DNA from: Candidatus Eiseniibacteriota bacterium
Lineage (GTDB): Bacteria; Eisenbacteria; RBG-16-71-46; SZUA-252
NCBI GenBank assembly: GCA_963703225.1
Contig: OY969801.1
Coordinates: 992,001-1,056,000 of the forward strand
DNA: 64,000 bases
Reading direction: 5' to 3'
Every line of letters starts with the position of its first letter. Position 1 is the stretch's first letter. Both the position numbers and the translations under genes were made by a program. The notes beneath the pieces are model-generated. The model did not search any database. It worked only from the letters and a program-made list of their open reading frames with translations, and had not been told where the DNA came from. Of this stretch, positions 37,995 to 47,747 are shown piece by piece.

Positions 37995-38408
37995 ATGAGA
38001 GCAGCGAAAGCGTTTGGGATGGTGGTCGGAATCACGGGGCTGATTCAGGTTGTCTTGGGCATCCTCTTCTGGAGCGGACTCTTACAGACCCTCATTCCTC
38101 TCCACATGGTCTTTGGATTTCTCTTCGTTCTGGCTCTATGGGCGGTCGCCGCGCTGGCCATTCGGGCGCGCGTGCCCGCGGGCCTCATCGCGCTCGCGTT
38201 CGTCTGGGGTGCGGTCGTCATCCTTCTTGGGATGACCCAAGCGCAACTCCTTCCAGGACCGCAACACTGGATCATCCGCGGCCTGCACCTGCTCGTCGGT
38301 TTGGGAGCGATGGGACAGGCGAGAGGGCTGGTACGGCGAATCGAGGAAGGAACGTCTCGCAAGGACTCCATTCCGGGCGCGGCCGAGCGGCAACCGGCCG
38401 CGGGGTGA
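37995..38408 (+). CDS. Hypothetical 4-TM membrane protein
   Basis: Four hydrophobic segments with intramembrane His (LHM, LHL). AAGGAG RBS. Confidence 0.75.
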   Translation: MRAAKAFGMVVGITGLIQVVLGILFWSGLLQTLIPLHMVFGFLFVLALWAVAALAIRARVPAGLIALAFVWGAVVILLGMTQAQLLPGPQHWIIRGLHLLVGLGAMGQARGLVRRIEEGTSRKDSIPGAAERQPAAG

Positions 38409-38648
38409 CAATGGGGGCTGATGCGTACCCGCCTGAAGAAGTATCTGGAGGTCGGCCCCAGCAAGGCAATTGTGCGATGATGATGAGATGAAGGCAGCGG
38501 TACTCCGGGAGCTTGGGGCAGCAGGAAAATCGATCTGGCCGTAGAATCGTGCTGATCCCCGTTGCGGAGCTGAGTGCGCGTCCGCGAGTTCCGATGGCCT
38601 GATGGTCGTGGCATTGACCCAATGTGAGGCGCTCCCGATGCGCGTAGC

Positions 38649-39767
38649 GTGCTAGGTTCGCTGCTTGCAGCTGCATTCGGTCTCTTCTTCCTCGCCATTG
38701 TATTGTGGGACGCCTACGAGACCATTCTCCTCCCACGCCGACTTCCAGGAGACATCCGCCTTTCTCGCCTGGTTCTCCGGAGCATCTGGAAGATCTGGAG
38801 GGCCCTCGGTCGAAGGATCCGGGCCCGAAATCAGCGGGAGCTGTTCCTCAGCTTCTATGCGCAGCTCTCGCTGATCGTCCTCTTCGGCGTCTGGGCGGTG
38901 GGGCTCATCGTCGGGTTTGCCTCGCTGCATTGGGCGCTCGGTTCGCGACTCCACGTGCCCCCAGGTCTCTCCGGCATCGCAGCCGACCTCTACATGAGCG
39001 GGACCACCTTTTTCACACTTGGGCTTGGCGACGTCGTCCCTCTGACCCATTTCGCACGCCTCCTCACTGTACTGGAGGCGGGAATTGGCTTCGGCTTTCT
39101 CGCCCTGGTGATCTCGTACGTTCCGGTCCTCTACCAGTTCTTCTCGCGGCGAGAAGCGCGCATCACAATGCTGGACGAGTGGGCGGGATCGCCACCCGCG
39201 GCGGCGCTGATCTTGCGGCGCGCGTTTGAGAGCGGCAATCCCGGCGCCGCGTTGGATCGGCTATTCCGAGATTGGGAGCTGGCGGCGGCCGAGATTCTCG
39301 AGAGCCACCTGTCCTATCCGACCCTCGCCTTCTTCCGGTCGCAGCACGACAACCAGTCTTGGCTCGCGTCGCTCTGCGCGGTTCTGGACGCCTCCGTTTT
39401 GGCGGCTACGTGGGTCAAGGGAATCGATCCCTTCCAGCCGCGGCTCACCTTCGCCATTTGCCGCCACACGCTCGTCGACGTGAGTCAGGTATTCCGGCTA
39501 CGGCCGCGAGAAGAGCACAGCGCGCGAAGCGCGCCGGAACGAATTGCGGACATGCGCGCATGGCTCGTCGCGGCTGGGGTGCCGATGCAGGAGGGTGCGG
39601 AGGCCGAGGCGCGGTTCCACGACCTGCGCCGATTGTATGCACCCTATCTCGGGGCCCTCTCCGAGTACCTGCAGATGCCCCTCCCAGGCTGGCTGCCATC
39701 AGGGAAGGCTCGATACAACTGGCAGACCACCGCGGTCTCGCCCACCGTGCACGATGGTGCCGATTAG
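38649..39767 (+). CDS. Potassium channel family protein (2-TM pore plus soluble C-terminus)
   Basis: LYMSGTTFFTLGLGD pore/filter-like motif flanked by TMs, and ESHLSYP..FFRSQH. Confidence 0.85.
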   Translation: MLGSLLAAAFGLFFLAIVLWDAYETILLPRRLPGDIRLSRLVLRSIWKIWRALGRRIRARNQRELFLSFYAQLSLIVLFGVWAVGLIVGFASLHWALGSRLHVPPGLSGIAADLYMSGTTFFTLGLGDVVPLTHFARLLTVLEAGIGFGFLALVISYVPVLYQFFSRREARITMLDEWAGSPPAAALILRRAFESGNPGAALDRLFRDWELAAAEILESHLSYPTLAFFRSQHDNQSWLASLCAVLDASVLAATWVKGIDPFQPRLTFAICRHTLVDVSQVFRLRPREEHSARSAPERIADMRAWLVAAGVPMQEGAEAEARFHDLRRLYAPYLGALSEYLQMPLPGWLPSGKARYNWQTTAVSPTVHDGAD

Positions 39768-39901
39768 CGTGGTACGCACGGCCCTGGCCGTGCTGTCGAC
39801 CCTGCGGCCGTAACGGCTGGATGTGGTGTAATCTTGTATCCACGAAGCCTGGCGCCGAATGATCGGCGGCTGAGGATCACAATCGCCCGGGGAGCGACAG
39901 G

Positions 39902-40876
39902 ATGACCATTCGTGAGGACGTGCGCCGTGCGTGGAGCATGATTCCGTTTGGGATGCTGCTGCTCGCGGGCGTGCTGGCCTGCTCGGCGGGGTGTGACACC
40001 TCAACCCGCGGGGGCGCCAAGCAACCGCAGGCTCTCAGCGCGGCCGAGGCCGATACGCTGCTCCGGTCTTACGTCAAGGATCGCGCCGACACCGAGGAGT
40101 GGCTGAAGAGCTCGCCGACCTCCTACCTCGCCACCGTCCAGCGGCGCGACTTCGATGGCCGCTCGTCGCTCATCGTGGGCGGCGCTGCCAGCAACGACGT
40201 GCGCATCGAAGATCCCGGCGTCAAGCCGCGACATCTCCGTGTCACCGTGGTAGGGGATTCGTTCCGCGTCGAGACGATCGACCGCGGGGCCCGTTTCAAG
40301 GTGAAGCACGTCGAGATGACCTCGGCAATGCTGCCGCCGAGCGGCATCAGAGTGGGGCGCTTCTCGCTCCGGCTCTCGCACCAGCGCTTCCCGGCGATCA
40401 TCGTGTTCGATCCGCAGAGCCCGCGGTACAAGGAGTACAAGGGTATTCAATACTTCCCGCCCGACCTCTCCTACCACATCGTCGCGGCGCTCACGCCCAA
40501 TCCAAAAGCCGACACGACCATCATCCTCTCCACCCGCGGCAACCAGAGGCGCGCCGTCCGGGTGGGGTGGTTCGACTTCAAGGTGAATGGCGCTCGCTGT
40601 CGCCTGGAGGCCACGCGCCTGCTCGAGCCGGGGGTAGGCGAGAAGGATTTCGGGCTGTTTTTCACGGACGCAACGACTGGCAAAGAGAGCTACGGCGTGG
40701 GGCGCTACCTCGAAGCCGTGCCGCGGCCCGACGGGCTCTACGTGCTCGATTTCAACATGTGCTACAACCCCGCATGCGCGTACTCGGAGCACTACAACTG
40801 TCCCATCCCGCCGCGGGAGAATCGGCTCATGGTGGGCATCCGTGCCGGCGAGATGGACGGGCACTACCTGCGCTGA
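39902..40876 (+). CDS. DUF1684 family lipoprotein
   Basis: FTDATTGKESYGVGRYL, LDFNMCYNPACAYS..YNCPIPP.EN and IRAGE. Confidence 0.9.
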   Translation: MTIREDVRRAWSMIPFGMLLLAGVLACSAGCDTSTRGGAKQPQALSAAEADTLLRSYVKDRADTEEWLKSSPTSYLATVQRRDFDGRSSLIVGGAASNDVRIEDPGVKPRHLRVTVVGDSFRVETIDRGARFKVKHVEMTSAMLPPSGIRVGRFSLRLSHQRFPAIIVFDPQSPRYKEYKGIQYFPPDLSYHIVAALTPNPKADTTIILSTRGNQRRAVRVGWFDFKVNGARCRLEATRLLEPGVGEKDFGLFFTDATTGKESYGVGRYLEAVPRPDGLYVLDFNMCYNPACAYSEHYNCPIPPRENRLMVGIRAGEMDGHYLR

Positions 40877-40919
40877 CCCTCACCGCACTCCTTCAGTGCT
40901 GCCATGGATGGCCGGGAAA

Positions 40920-41048
40920 CTGTCAACCTGTCAGCATCCGAAGCTCGCCGCACGGAGCTGCACTCTCCAGGTCGAGACGTAACTTGCATCGGGGAGCGCG
41001 GCTCGGAGAGGTGTGCGTCCGTCTGTGTGAGAGGCACACTTCGTGCCC
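40920..41048 (+). promoter_or_regulatory. sigma54 promoter and enhancer upstream of Hsp20 operon
   Basis: CTGTCAACCTGTCAG at 40920 and AGGCACACTTCGTGC (GG-N10-GC) at 41032. A near-identical copy lies at 57711-57838. Confidence 0.75.
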
Positions 41049-41335
41049 ATGAAGTCTAGCGCCGGTCCAGGCAGGGCCGGCAGGAGGTGTCGCGGATGAC
41101 GTGGCATCGCCACGCGGTGGCCAGCGTCGAGTTGTCTGAGCCGCGCGTGAGTCGCACGAGGGAACGGACCTAGCACTCATGCCAGGGGCCGCAATCGCCT
41201 TCCGGAGAACGGGAGGATGGAACGCGGCCCACCCTTGAGACGAAAGGCCCAATACCTCGGGACCACGGCCCCTCGGATGCGCGCTGGCCTTCCGCCAATG
41301 AAATCAAGAGCCAGCACCGGAAGGAGGAATGAGCC

Positions 41336-41770
41336 ATGAAGACGCTATTGCCGGGAAACGGGCTGTCGGCGCTGCGGAACGAGATGGATCGACTGTTCGA
41401 GAAGGCGTGGGTGGGAGAGATGCCCGAGCCCACCATGGGCGGATGGGATCCGCCGCTGGACTTCTCGGAAACGAACGACATGTTCCTCGTGAAGATGGAG
41501 GTGCCGGGGATGGATCCCAAGGAGATTCAGATTTCCTTGCAGGATCACGTTCTGACGATCTCCGGGGAGCGGAAGAAGGAAGAGAAGACCAAGGAAGAGC
41601 GCTTCTACCGGATCGAGCGCTCCTACGGAACCTTCACGCGGTCGATCCGTCTTCCCATGCCTGTCGACGAGAAGAAAGTGAACGCCCTATTCAAGAATGG
41701 CGTCCTTACGATCACGGTTCCAAAGAGTGAATCCGGCAAAGGACTGGTCGTACCCATCAAGACGGTCTAG
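41336..41770 (+). CDS. Hsp20/alpha-crystallin small heat-shock protein
   Basis: EVPGMDPKEI, LTISGER, ERSYGTFTRSIRLP and A.FKNGVLTITVPK. Confidence 0.95.
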   Translation: MKTLLPGNGLSALRNEMDRLFEKAWVGEMPEPTMGGWDPPLDFSETNDMFLVKMEVPGMDPKEIQISLQDHVLTISGERKKEEKTKEERFYRIERSYGTFTRSIRLPMPVDEKKVNALFKNGVLTITVPKSESGKGLVVPIKTV

Positions 41771-41816
41771 TTCCGCACATCGTCAAGGCGGAGAGCCAAA
41801 GCGGAGGATGCCAGCT

Positions 41817-42311
41817 ATGAAAGTGATTCTGGGCGTCGACGAGTCACCGTTCTCTGATGGCGCCTTACGCTACGTGAGTGAGACCACCTGGCCCAAGGAG
41901 ACAAGCTTTGTTGTGCTCTCGGCCGTTCCGCCGATGTTTTTCGGAGCTGGGGAGGCGGTGGCGCCACAGGGGATTACGGACCTGCTCGAGGAAGAGCAGC
42001 GGTACCACAAAGAAGTCGCCGAGCGAGGGGCAGCGCGCCTTCGCAAGGCCGGCCTAAAGGCCACGGCACGGGCGGTCCTTGGAGACCCTCGCATCGTGCT
42101 GGAAGAGGCCGCTCGGAAGGAGCGTGCGGATATGGTTGTGGTTGGCTCCCACGGCCGAAGCGGATTGAAAAAGCTGCTGCTCGGCAGCGTCGCCTCCCAC
42201 GTGGTGACGCATGCACCCTGTGCCGTGCTTGTCATCAAGTCGTCGAGTTGGAAACCGCGCGAAGGCGATCGGATCGGGGCTGATACCGAAACCGCCGCCT
42301 TGCCAGCCTGA
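41817..42311 (+). CDS. Universal stress protein (USP)
   Basis: KVILGVDES, GDP and VVGSHGRSGLKKLLLGSVASHV..APCAVLVI. Confidence 0.95.
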   Translation: MKVILGVDESPFSDGALRYVSETTWPKETSFVVLSAVPPMFFGAGEAVAPQGITDLLEEEQRYHKEVAERGAARLRKAGLKATARAVLGDPRIVLEEAARKERADMVVVGSHGRSGLKKLLLGSVASHVVTHAPCAVLVIKSSSWKPREGDRIGADTETAALPA

Positions 42312-42370
42312 GGGGGATGTACGGTATCGTGACAGAGTCTCGTTTTGCTGTCTCAGAAGGAGGACCAACC

Positions 42371-42847
42371 ATGAAGGTTGAGGGTGTCATGAGTCAAGAT
42401 GTCCGGGGCTGCAGCCCGTCGGATAGCCTCACGGATGCGGCGATGATCATGTGGAGCCGCGACTGCGGGTTCGTGCCGGTAGTCGAGAGCCATAACGGGC
42501 GGCTCTCCGGCGTGATCACCGATCGCGACATCTGTATCGCCACAGCGACCAAGCATCGCTCCGTCGATTCGATTCAAGTGGGAGAGGTCATGAGCAAGCA
42601 GCCCATGACCTGTGCACCGACCGATGACGTGCATACCGCCATCGACCGAATGGTCCAAGGCCAGGTACGCAGGCTTCCGGTCGTCGACAAGAATGGGAAG
42701 CTGGCAGGCGTGCTCTCACTCAACGATCTCGCCCTCGCGGCCGAGAAGAGCGATCGCCGGGCCGATGGTGTCACGTTCGCGGACGTGGTCAGGGCACTGA
42801 AGGCGGTATCGACCCACCGCTTGCCAGCGGCGGTTGCGAGCGCGTAA
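42371..42847 (+). CDS. CBS domain pair protein
   Basis: VM...V, GVITDRDI, VRRLPVVD and GVLSLNDL. Confidence 0.93.
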   Translation: MKVEGVMSQDVRGCSPSDSLTDAAMIMWSRDCGFVPVVESHNGRLSGVITDRDICIATATKHRSVDSIQVGEVMSKQPMTCAPTDDVHTAIDRMVQGQVRRLPVVDKNGKLAGVLSLNDLALAAEKSDRRADGVTFADVVRALKAVSTHRLPAAVASA

Positions 42848-42888
42848 GCACTGGGAATGCGGAACGCTCTCCCGTGCCGCGGAGGGAC

Positions 42889-43824
42889 ATGATCGCCGAG
42901 CAGATCGCCAGGGCCGACGTGAGAGCGCGTGGTATCGAAGGATTTGTGCGTCTCGCGGACCCCAAGATATCTCTGGCGTCGGTTGCGTCCATGGTCATCG
43001 GTGCCATGTTCGCGCTCCGCGATGGCCCGGTGGCATGGGGATGGTTGGCGCTCACGGTGGCTGGCATCTTCTGCATCGAAGTGGCAAAGAATGCATCCGG
43101 CGAGCTCGTCGACTTCCAGTCCGGGGTGGATCAAGCGGTCGCTGCGGAGGACCGGAGCCCTTTCTCCGGTGGAAAGCGGGTGCTCGTCGAAGGACTCCTC
43201 AGCCACCGGCAGACCGCGGCCGTGGCGATCCTGTGTTATGGACTTGGAATCGCGGCGGGAATGGCGATGGCCGTCTATCGTCACCCCGGAGTGCTCTGGC
43301 TTGGGATCGTCGGGGTCGGTCTAGCGTATTTCTACCACGCGGCCCCGGTGCGACTGAGCTACCGAGGCCTAGGCGAGATCGCCGTCGCCACCACCTATGG
43401 GCCGCTGATCGCATGCGGCACCTATCTGGTCCAACGCCGCGAATGGAGCGGGCCAGTCCTTTTGGCGTCCCTGCCTCTGGGGATCCTGATCGGCGCGTTT
43501 CTTTGGATCAACGAGTTCCCGGACTACCGAGCCGATCGCGGCGGAGGAAAGCGAACGCTGGTCGTGCGGCTCGGGCGCCAGGCGGCGAGCCGCGTGTACG
43601 CCGTTCTGGTGGCCGTCGCCTACGCGCTCCTCACGCTCCTGCCGGCGCTGGGCTTGCCGCGGACGGTCTGGCTCGGCGCAGCAGGGCTGCCCTTTTCGGT
43701 ATGGGCCGCCCGCCGTCTCGCGGAGGCTCCGGAGTCGACGGGTCACATCATCCCGGCGCAGGCGAGCACGCTCATTGCCTTTCTTGCCTATTCCCTGGGG
43801 GTGAGCTTCGGCACGCTCTGGTAA
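42889..43824 (+). CDS. UbiA/MenA-family prenyltransferase
   Basis: DFQSGVD, PFSGG, SYRGLGE and INEFPDYRAD...GKRTL.VRLG. Multiple TMs. Confidence 0.85.
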   Translation: MIAEQIARADVRARGIEGFVRLADPKISLASVASMVIGAMFALRDGPVAWGWLALTVAGIFCIEVAKNASGELVDFQSGVDQAVAAEDRSPFSGGKRVLVEGLLSHRQTAAVAILCYGLGIAAGMAMAVYRHPGVLWLGIVGVGLAYFYHAAPVRLSYRGLGEIAVATTYGPLIACGTYLVQRREWSGPVLLASLPLGILIGAFLWINEFPDYRADRGGGKRTLVVRLGRQAASRVYAVLVAVAYALLTLLPALGLPRTVWLGAAGLPFSVWAARRLAEAPESTGHIIPAQASTLIAFLAYSLGVSFGTLW

Positions 43825-43931
43825 CGCCGTCTGACACCGAGGTGAACTCGCGCAGCCCGTGCAGTGATACTTTAGTACCCTAGAACCGCTCTGGGCGTTT
43901 CTGCCATTCTGTCAGCGAGGGGAAACGCCCT

Positions 43932-44756
43932 ATGCATATACCGAGTCAGCCAACCGTTGCGCCCGACGAAGGCGCGTCCATCGAAGCCGCGGTTCTCCCC
44001 CAGCCAGTCGTGACGCTCTCCGAAGACCCGTATTCCGAACGCCAACTCCACCACAGGGAACGCCTGGCCTCCCTCGGCGTCCTGGCGGCAGGGGTGGCGC
44101 ATGAAATCATGAACCCATTGGCTTCTGTTCTCGCAGGGGTAGAGGCCCTCCGGCGCACGCTCCTCCGAGCACCGGAGGGATCGCGCTTGGATTCCATGGC
44201 GAACGCGAACCGCATCCTGGACATCCTGGAGCGGGAGACCAATCGCGTTCGCGATATCACCGACAGGATGATGCTCCTGGCGCGGCCCGATCCCGAGGTG
44301 CCGGGCTGGCTCGACGTGAATTCTGCGGTCGAGGAGATGGCTGGGCTCCTCCGCTATCAGATGACCGTGCAGCAAATTCAAACCGCCCTCGATCTCGATC
44401 GCGCCCTCGCGCCGATCTGGGCGCGCGGCGGCGGAGTGCACAGCGTCTGCATGAATCTCATGCTGAACGCGGTGCAATCGATGTCTGACGGCGGCACGCT
44501 GACCGTGCGCACGCGCGGACGCGACGGGGCCATCATCATCGAAGTGGAGGATACGGGGCCAGGAATCCCGGGCCATCTGCTGCTCCGAATCTGGGATCCG
44601 TTCTACACGACCAAACCTCCTGGAGAGGGAACCGGCCTCGGTCTTTCGATATCCCAGAGTATCGTCCGGCAGCATGGCGGCTCGATCCAGGTCCAAAACG
44701 TCGAGCCGCACGGCGCCCGCTTCACTGTGGAGCTTCCCGTCAGGTCGCGGAGATAG
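43932..44756 (+). CDS. Histidine kinase (HisKA plus HATPase only)
   Basis: LAAGVAHEIMNPL, NLMLNA, DTGPGI, PFYTTK and GTGLGL. Confidence 0.92.
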   Translation: MHIPSQPTVAPDEGASIEAAVLPQPVVTLSEDPYSERQLHHRERLASLGVLAAGVAHEIMNPLASVLAGVEALRRTLLRAPEGSRLDSMANANRILDILERETNRVRDITDRMMLLARPDPEVPGWLDVNSAVEEMAGLLRYQMTVQQIQTALDLDRALAPIWARGGGVHSVCMNLMLNAVQSMSDGGTLTVRTRGRDGAIIIEVEDTGPGIPGHLLLRIWDPFYTTKPPGEGTGLGLSISQSIVRQHGGSIQVQNVEPHGARFTVELPVRSRR

Positions 44757-44758
44757 AC

Positions 44759-46123
44759 ATGGCCAAGGCACGAGTTCTCCTCGTCGATGACGAGGAGTCA
44801 TTTCGCGAGATCACCTCAGAGGAGCTGTCTCATCTAGGGTACGCGCTCGATACCTCCCGCACTCTCGCGGAGGCGCGTCTGCTTCTCGCCAAGAAGACCT
44901 TCGATGTCGTCCTGCTGGACCTCCGCCTCCCCGATGGAAACGGACTCGATCTGCTCCGGGAGCTGCACGTGTCTCACCCGGCGGTCCAAGTGGTCGTGCT
45001 CACCGCGTTCGGAACGGTGGAGGGAGCGATCCTCGCCATGAAGCAGGGTGCATTCGATTTCTTGATAAAGCCCTGCAAGCTTGGCGAAATCGAAGCGGTC
45101 TTGGCGAAGGCGGTTCGCGTGCAGTCCCTCGCGCGCGAGAATCTGGCCCTCCAGCGAGACGTCGATCGCCTGAAGCCCAGCGATCGAATTGTCGGAACAA
45201 CAGCTGCGTTGCGTGAGGTCACGCGCCTGATCGACCGCGTCGCCGGGACAGACTCGACGGTGCTCATCGGAGGCGAGAGTGGGGTGGGGAAGGAGTTGGT
45301 CGCGCGCGCCGTGCATCGGGCAAGCCGGCGCGCCGGACGCCCGTTCGTCGTGGTCGACTGCGCGTCGCTTCATGAGAATCTGCTTCAGAGTGAGCTTTTT
45401 GGGCACGAAAAGGGGGCCTACACGGGCGCGGTGCGCCTGAAGCACGGGCTCTTCGAAGTCGCCGACCGCGGCACGATCTTCCTCGACGAGATCGGCGAGG
45501 TCACGCTACCGTTACAAGTCAAGCTCCTGCGAGTGCTCGAGACCGGGGTGTTCCGCCACGTGGGTGGGACGACCGACGTCAGCGTCGACGTGCGTGTGAT
45601 CGCAGCCACGAATCGGGACCTCGAGGCGATGATGCGAGCGGGCGCATTCCGCGAGGATCTTTACTACCGGCTGAACGTCTTTTCGATCCCGATTCCCCCG
45701 CTCCGGGAGCGGCGCGAGGACATCGCCCAGCTCGTGGAACACTTCATACGCTCGAGCGGGGTCGTCGGAAAGCGGGACGCCCACGTTTCGCCCGAGGCAA
45801 TGCGGGTCCTCGAGGCTTACGCGTGGCCCGGAAACGCGAGAGAACTCCAGAACGTGATCGAGAGGGCGCTGATTCTCTGTGACGGTGAGATGCTTCTTCC
45901 CGAGCACCTGCCGATTGGAATGCGCCTTCCACAGGCGCATTCAGCGGTGCGGAGCGGAACATCCCGGCCGACCCTCGCGGAGGCCGAGCGAAGCTATATT
46001 CGACAGGTCCTGGAAGAATGTGGCGGGCACCGTCACAACGCGGCCCAGATCCTCGGGATCAGCGAGCGGAACCTTTACCGGAAGTTGAAGGAGCTCGAGC
46101 CGGAGCCCGAGGCTGTCCGGTAG
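44759..46123 (+). CDS. NtrC-family sigma54 response regulator (REC-AAA+-HTH)
   Basis: LLVDDE, LLDLRLPD, GESGVGKE, GAYTGA, FLDEI, WPGNAREL and AAQILGISERNLYRKL. Confidence 0.94.
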   Translation: MAKARVLLVDDEESFREITSEELSHLGYALDTSRTLAEARLLLAKKTFDVVLLDLRLPDGNGLDLLRELHVSHPAVQVVVLTAFGTVEGAILAMKQGAFDFLIKPCKLGEIEAVLAKAVRVQSLARENLALQRDVDRLKPSDRIVGTTAALREVTRLIDRVAGTDSTVLIGGESGVGKELVARAVHRASRRAGRPFVVVDCASLHENLLQSELFGHEKGAYTGAVRLKHGLFEVADRGTIFLDEIGEVTLPLQVKLLRVLETGVFRHVGGTTDVSVDVRVIAATNRDLEAMMRAGAFREDLYYRLNVFSIPIPPLRERREDIAQLVEHFIRSSGVVGKRDAHVSPEAMRVLEAYAWPGNARELQNVIERALILCDGEMLLPEHLPIGMRLPQAHSAVRSGTSRPTLAEAERSYIRQVLEECGGHRHNAAQILGISERNLYRKLKELEPEPEAVR

Positions 46124-46167
46124 CAACCTGCGTCCACGAGGACCAGGGCCCTTCCGTCCCACCGCCG

Positions 46168-47160
46168 TCAGGCGACAGGCACCGCGGCCTCCAGTAAGTT
46201 AGCCCGTCGGCTCCGCATCCAGCGCTCGATCCGATCCGGGGTTCCCAGATCCGTCCAGCCGCAGGGTGGGACTGGGAGCATGCGCAGCCCGGTTGGGACC
46301 CTCTGGAGCAGATCGCGCGAAAGGTCCAAGTGAGGCAGTCCTGCGTAGACGCTCTTCAGAGTGTCGGGATCCCAGCCGTTGCCCCGCTTCCACACTGCCG
46401 GGACGAAGGCCCGTACGAGGGAACGGATCAAGAAGGGGGCGACGTATTCGTAGATCGATAGGAGCGCCCTAGCCCGCGCCACGAGTATGAAGGTGCTCCA
46501 GTGCGCGCCCCCAAGGTACAGCTCGCGAGCGAACGGCGCATCCGGCTTCTCGTGGAACGAGAGGACGGGCCTCGAGCCGCCCGCGTCGGCGTTGCCGCTC
46601 ACGATCCACCCGTAGCTCGGATCCGGCAGCTCGGGGGTCATTCCCAAGAGAATGACAGGCACGCCTCGCTCCACGAGATCGAACGCGCGCTCGAGGGCGC
46701 GGGTGAGGACATCTTCATCCTCGACGGCATGATCCGCGGGCAGGACGGCGATTCTTGCATCCCGATTCCGCCGCAGAACGTGCAAGAGGGGAAGGAGAAC
46801 ACCCGTCCCCGTGCCGCGGTTTTCCGGCTGCACCACGACGCTGGCGAGCGCTTCTGCCGGAAGAGCGGCGTTCCAAAGGGCGCGATGTTGCGCGGCCACC
46901 ACCGTAACGATGCGCGAGCTGCACGTGAGTCGGCCGGCGCGCCGGAGCGTCCAACGGATCATCGGTCCCGCGCTTCCTGGCGACCAGAACTGCTTGGGCA
47001 GCGCGACTCCCGCACCATCCCTTGTCAACGTCCGCACTCGCGCGCCGTCGCCGGCGGCCAGAATGATCGCCCAACGATGAGAAGCCAACTCAGTTCCCTC
47101 CGAGCCCTGCTCGCGACGAATGCAGTTCCTGTGCCGATGAAAGTGGAGGGAATACTCCAT
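46168..47160 (-). CDS. Sugar-phosphate nucleotidyltransferase (mannose-1-P guanylyltransferase-like)
   Basis: ILAAGDGAR, PKQF, QPENRGT, PADH, FHEKP and WTDLGT. Start uncertain. Confidence 0.85.
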   Translation of the reverse strand: MEYSLHFHRHRNCIRREQGSEGTELASHRWAIILAAGDGARVRTLTRDGAGVALPKQFWSPGSAGPMIRWTLRRAGRLTCSSRIVTVVAAQHRALWNAALPAEALASVVVQPENRGTGTGVLLPLLHVLRRNRDARIAVLPADHAVEDEDVLTRALERAFDLVERGVPVILLGMTPELPDPSYGWIVSGNADAGGSRPVLSFHEKPDAPFARELYLGGAHWSTFILVARARALLSIYEYVAPFLIRSLVRAFVPAVWKRGNGWDPDTLKSVYAGLPHLDLSRDLLQRVPTGLRMLPVPPCGWTDLGTPDRIERWMRSRRANLLEAAVPVA

Positions 47161-47232
47161 CTCAAGGCGCGCGAATTCAGGAGTTTGCCGGACTGTGTGT
47201 CATGTGGGCCGCCTCAGACGGCCGAGATTCGA

Positions 47233-47360
47233 CTGCCTTCCTGTCATGCGTTGTATCGCTTCGTCAGCCGGCTGGACACCCCGGACGGCGGCTTGAGGGC
47301 GAGGGAGCCCTTGCCGTGCTTTGACTTGTGTCCCCGGCTGGACCCGGCATGGCACGTGCA
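47233..47360 (+). promoter_or_regulatory. sigma54 promoter and enhancer upstream of small hypothetical
   Basis: CTGCCTTCCTGTCA at 47233 and CGGCATGGCACGTGC (GG-N10-GC) at 47345. Confidence 0.55.
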
Positions 47361-47445
47361 AGGGTCGTCCATGCGCAAATGAATAGCGCCTGAAGGCGAA
47401 GGCGTCATGGAGCGTGAATCAATCTCACCAATGAGGAGGGGTGCC

Positions 47446-47703
47446 ATGACCGGCAACGTCGTGAACCCGTCGATGCGCGAGAAGCTGGAAGAAGCGCGGC
47501 GTTTCTTCTCTGGTCGGGCCGCCGCGAAGGCGAAGAGCCAGGATGCTCAGTTGTATGAGGAGTTGCGAAAACTGGCCGAATCGGTTGAAGAGATTGCGAG
47601 CCTCCTGCACCTTCAGAAGATCCAACTCGACCAAGTCCGCCATGGGGTTGGCCTCCACCTGGAGGGAGCGGCCGCCGCGCCGCACACACGGCGATCCCCC
47701 TAG
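47446..47703 (+). CDS. Small helical hypothetical protein
   Basis: GAGGAGG RBS and a coiled-coil-like LYEELRKLAESVEEIASLL segment. Confidence 0.6.
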   Translation: MTGNVVNPSMREKLEEARRFFSGRAAAKAKSQDAQLYEELRKLAESVEEIASLLHLQKIQLDQVRHGVGLHLEGAAAAPHTRRSP

Positions 47704-47747
47704 GGGCCAATGCCGCCGTGAGGAGGCAGTTGGACGAGGACGGGTCT

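Noticed and set aside
39001..39035. TLGLGD instead of TVGYGD in the channel filter
   Set aside because: GLG/GFG variants are common in this bacterial channel family and not notable alone.
41096..41173. 25-codon ORF with AGGAGG RBS in the long Hsp20 leader
   Set aside because: It has no recognisable features, and the matching stretch in the BON promoter lacks the ATG. It cannot be supported without conservation data.
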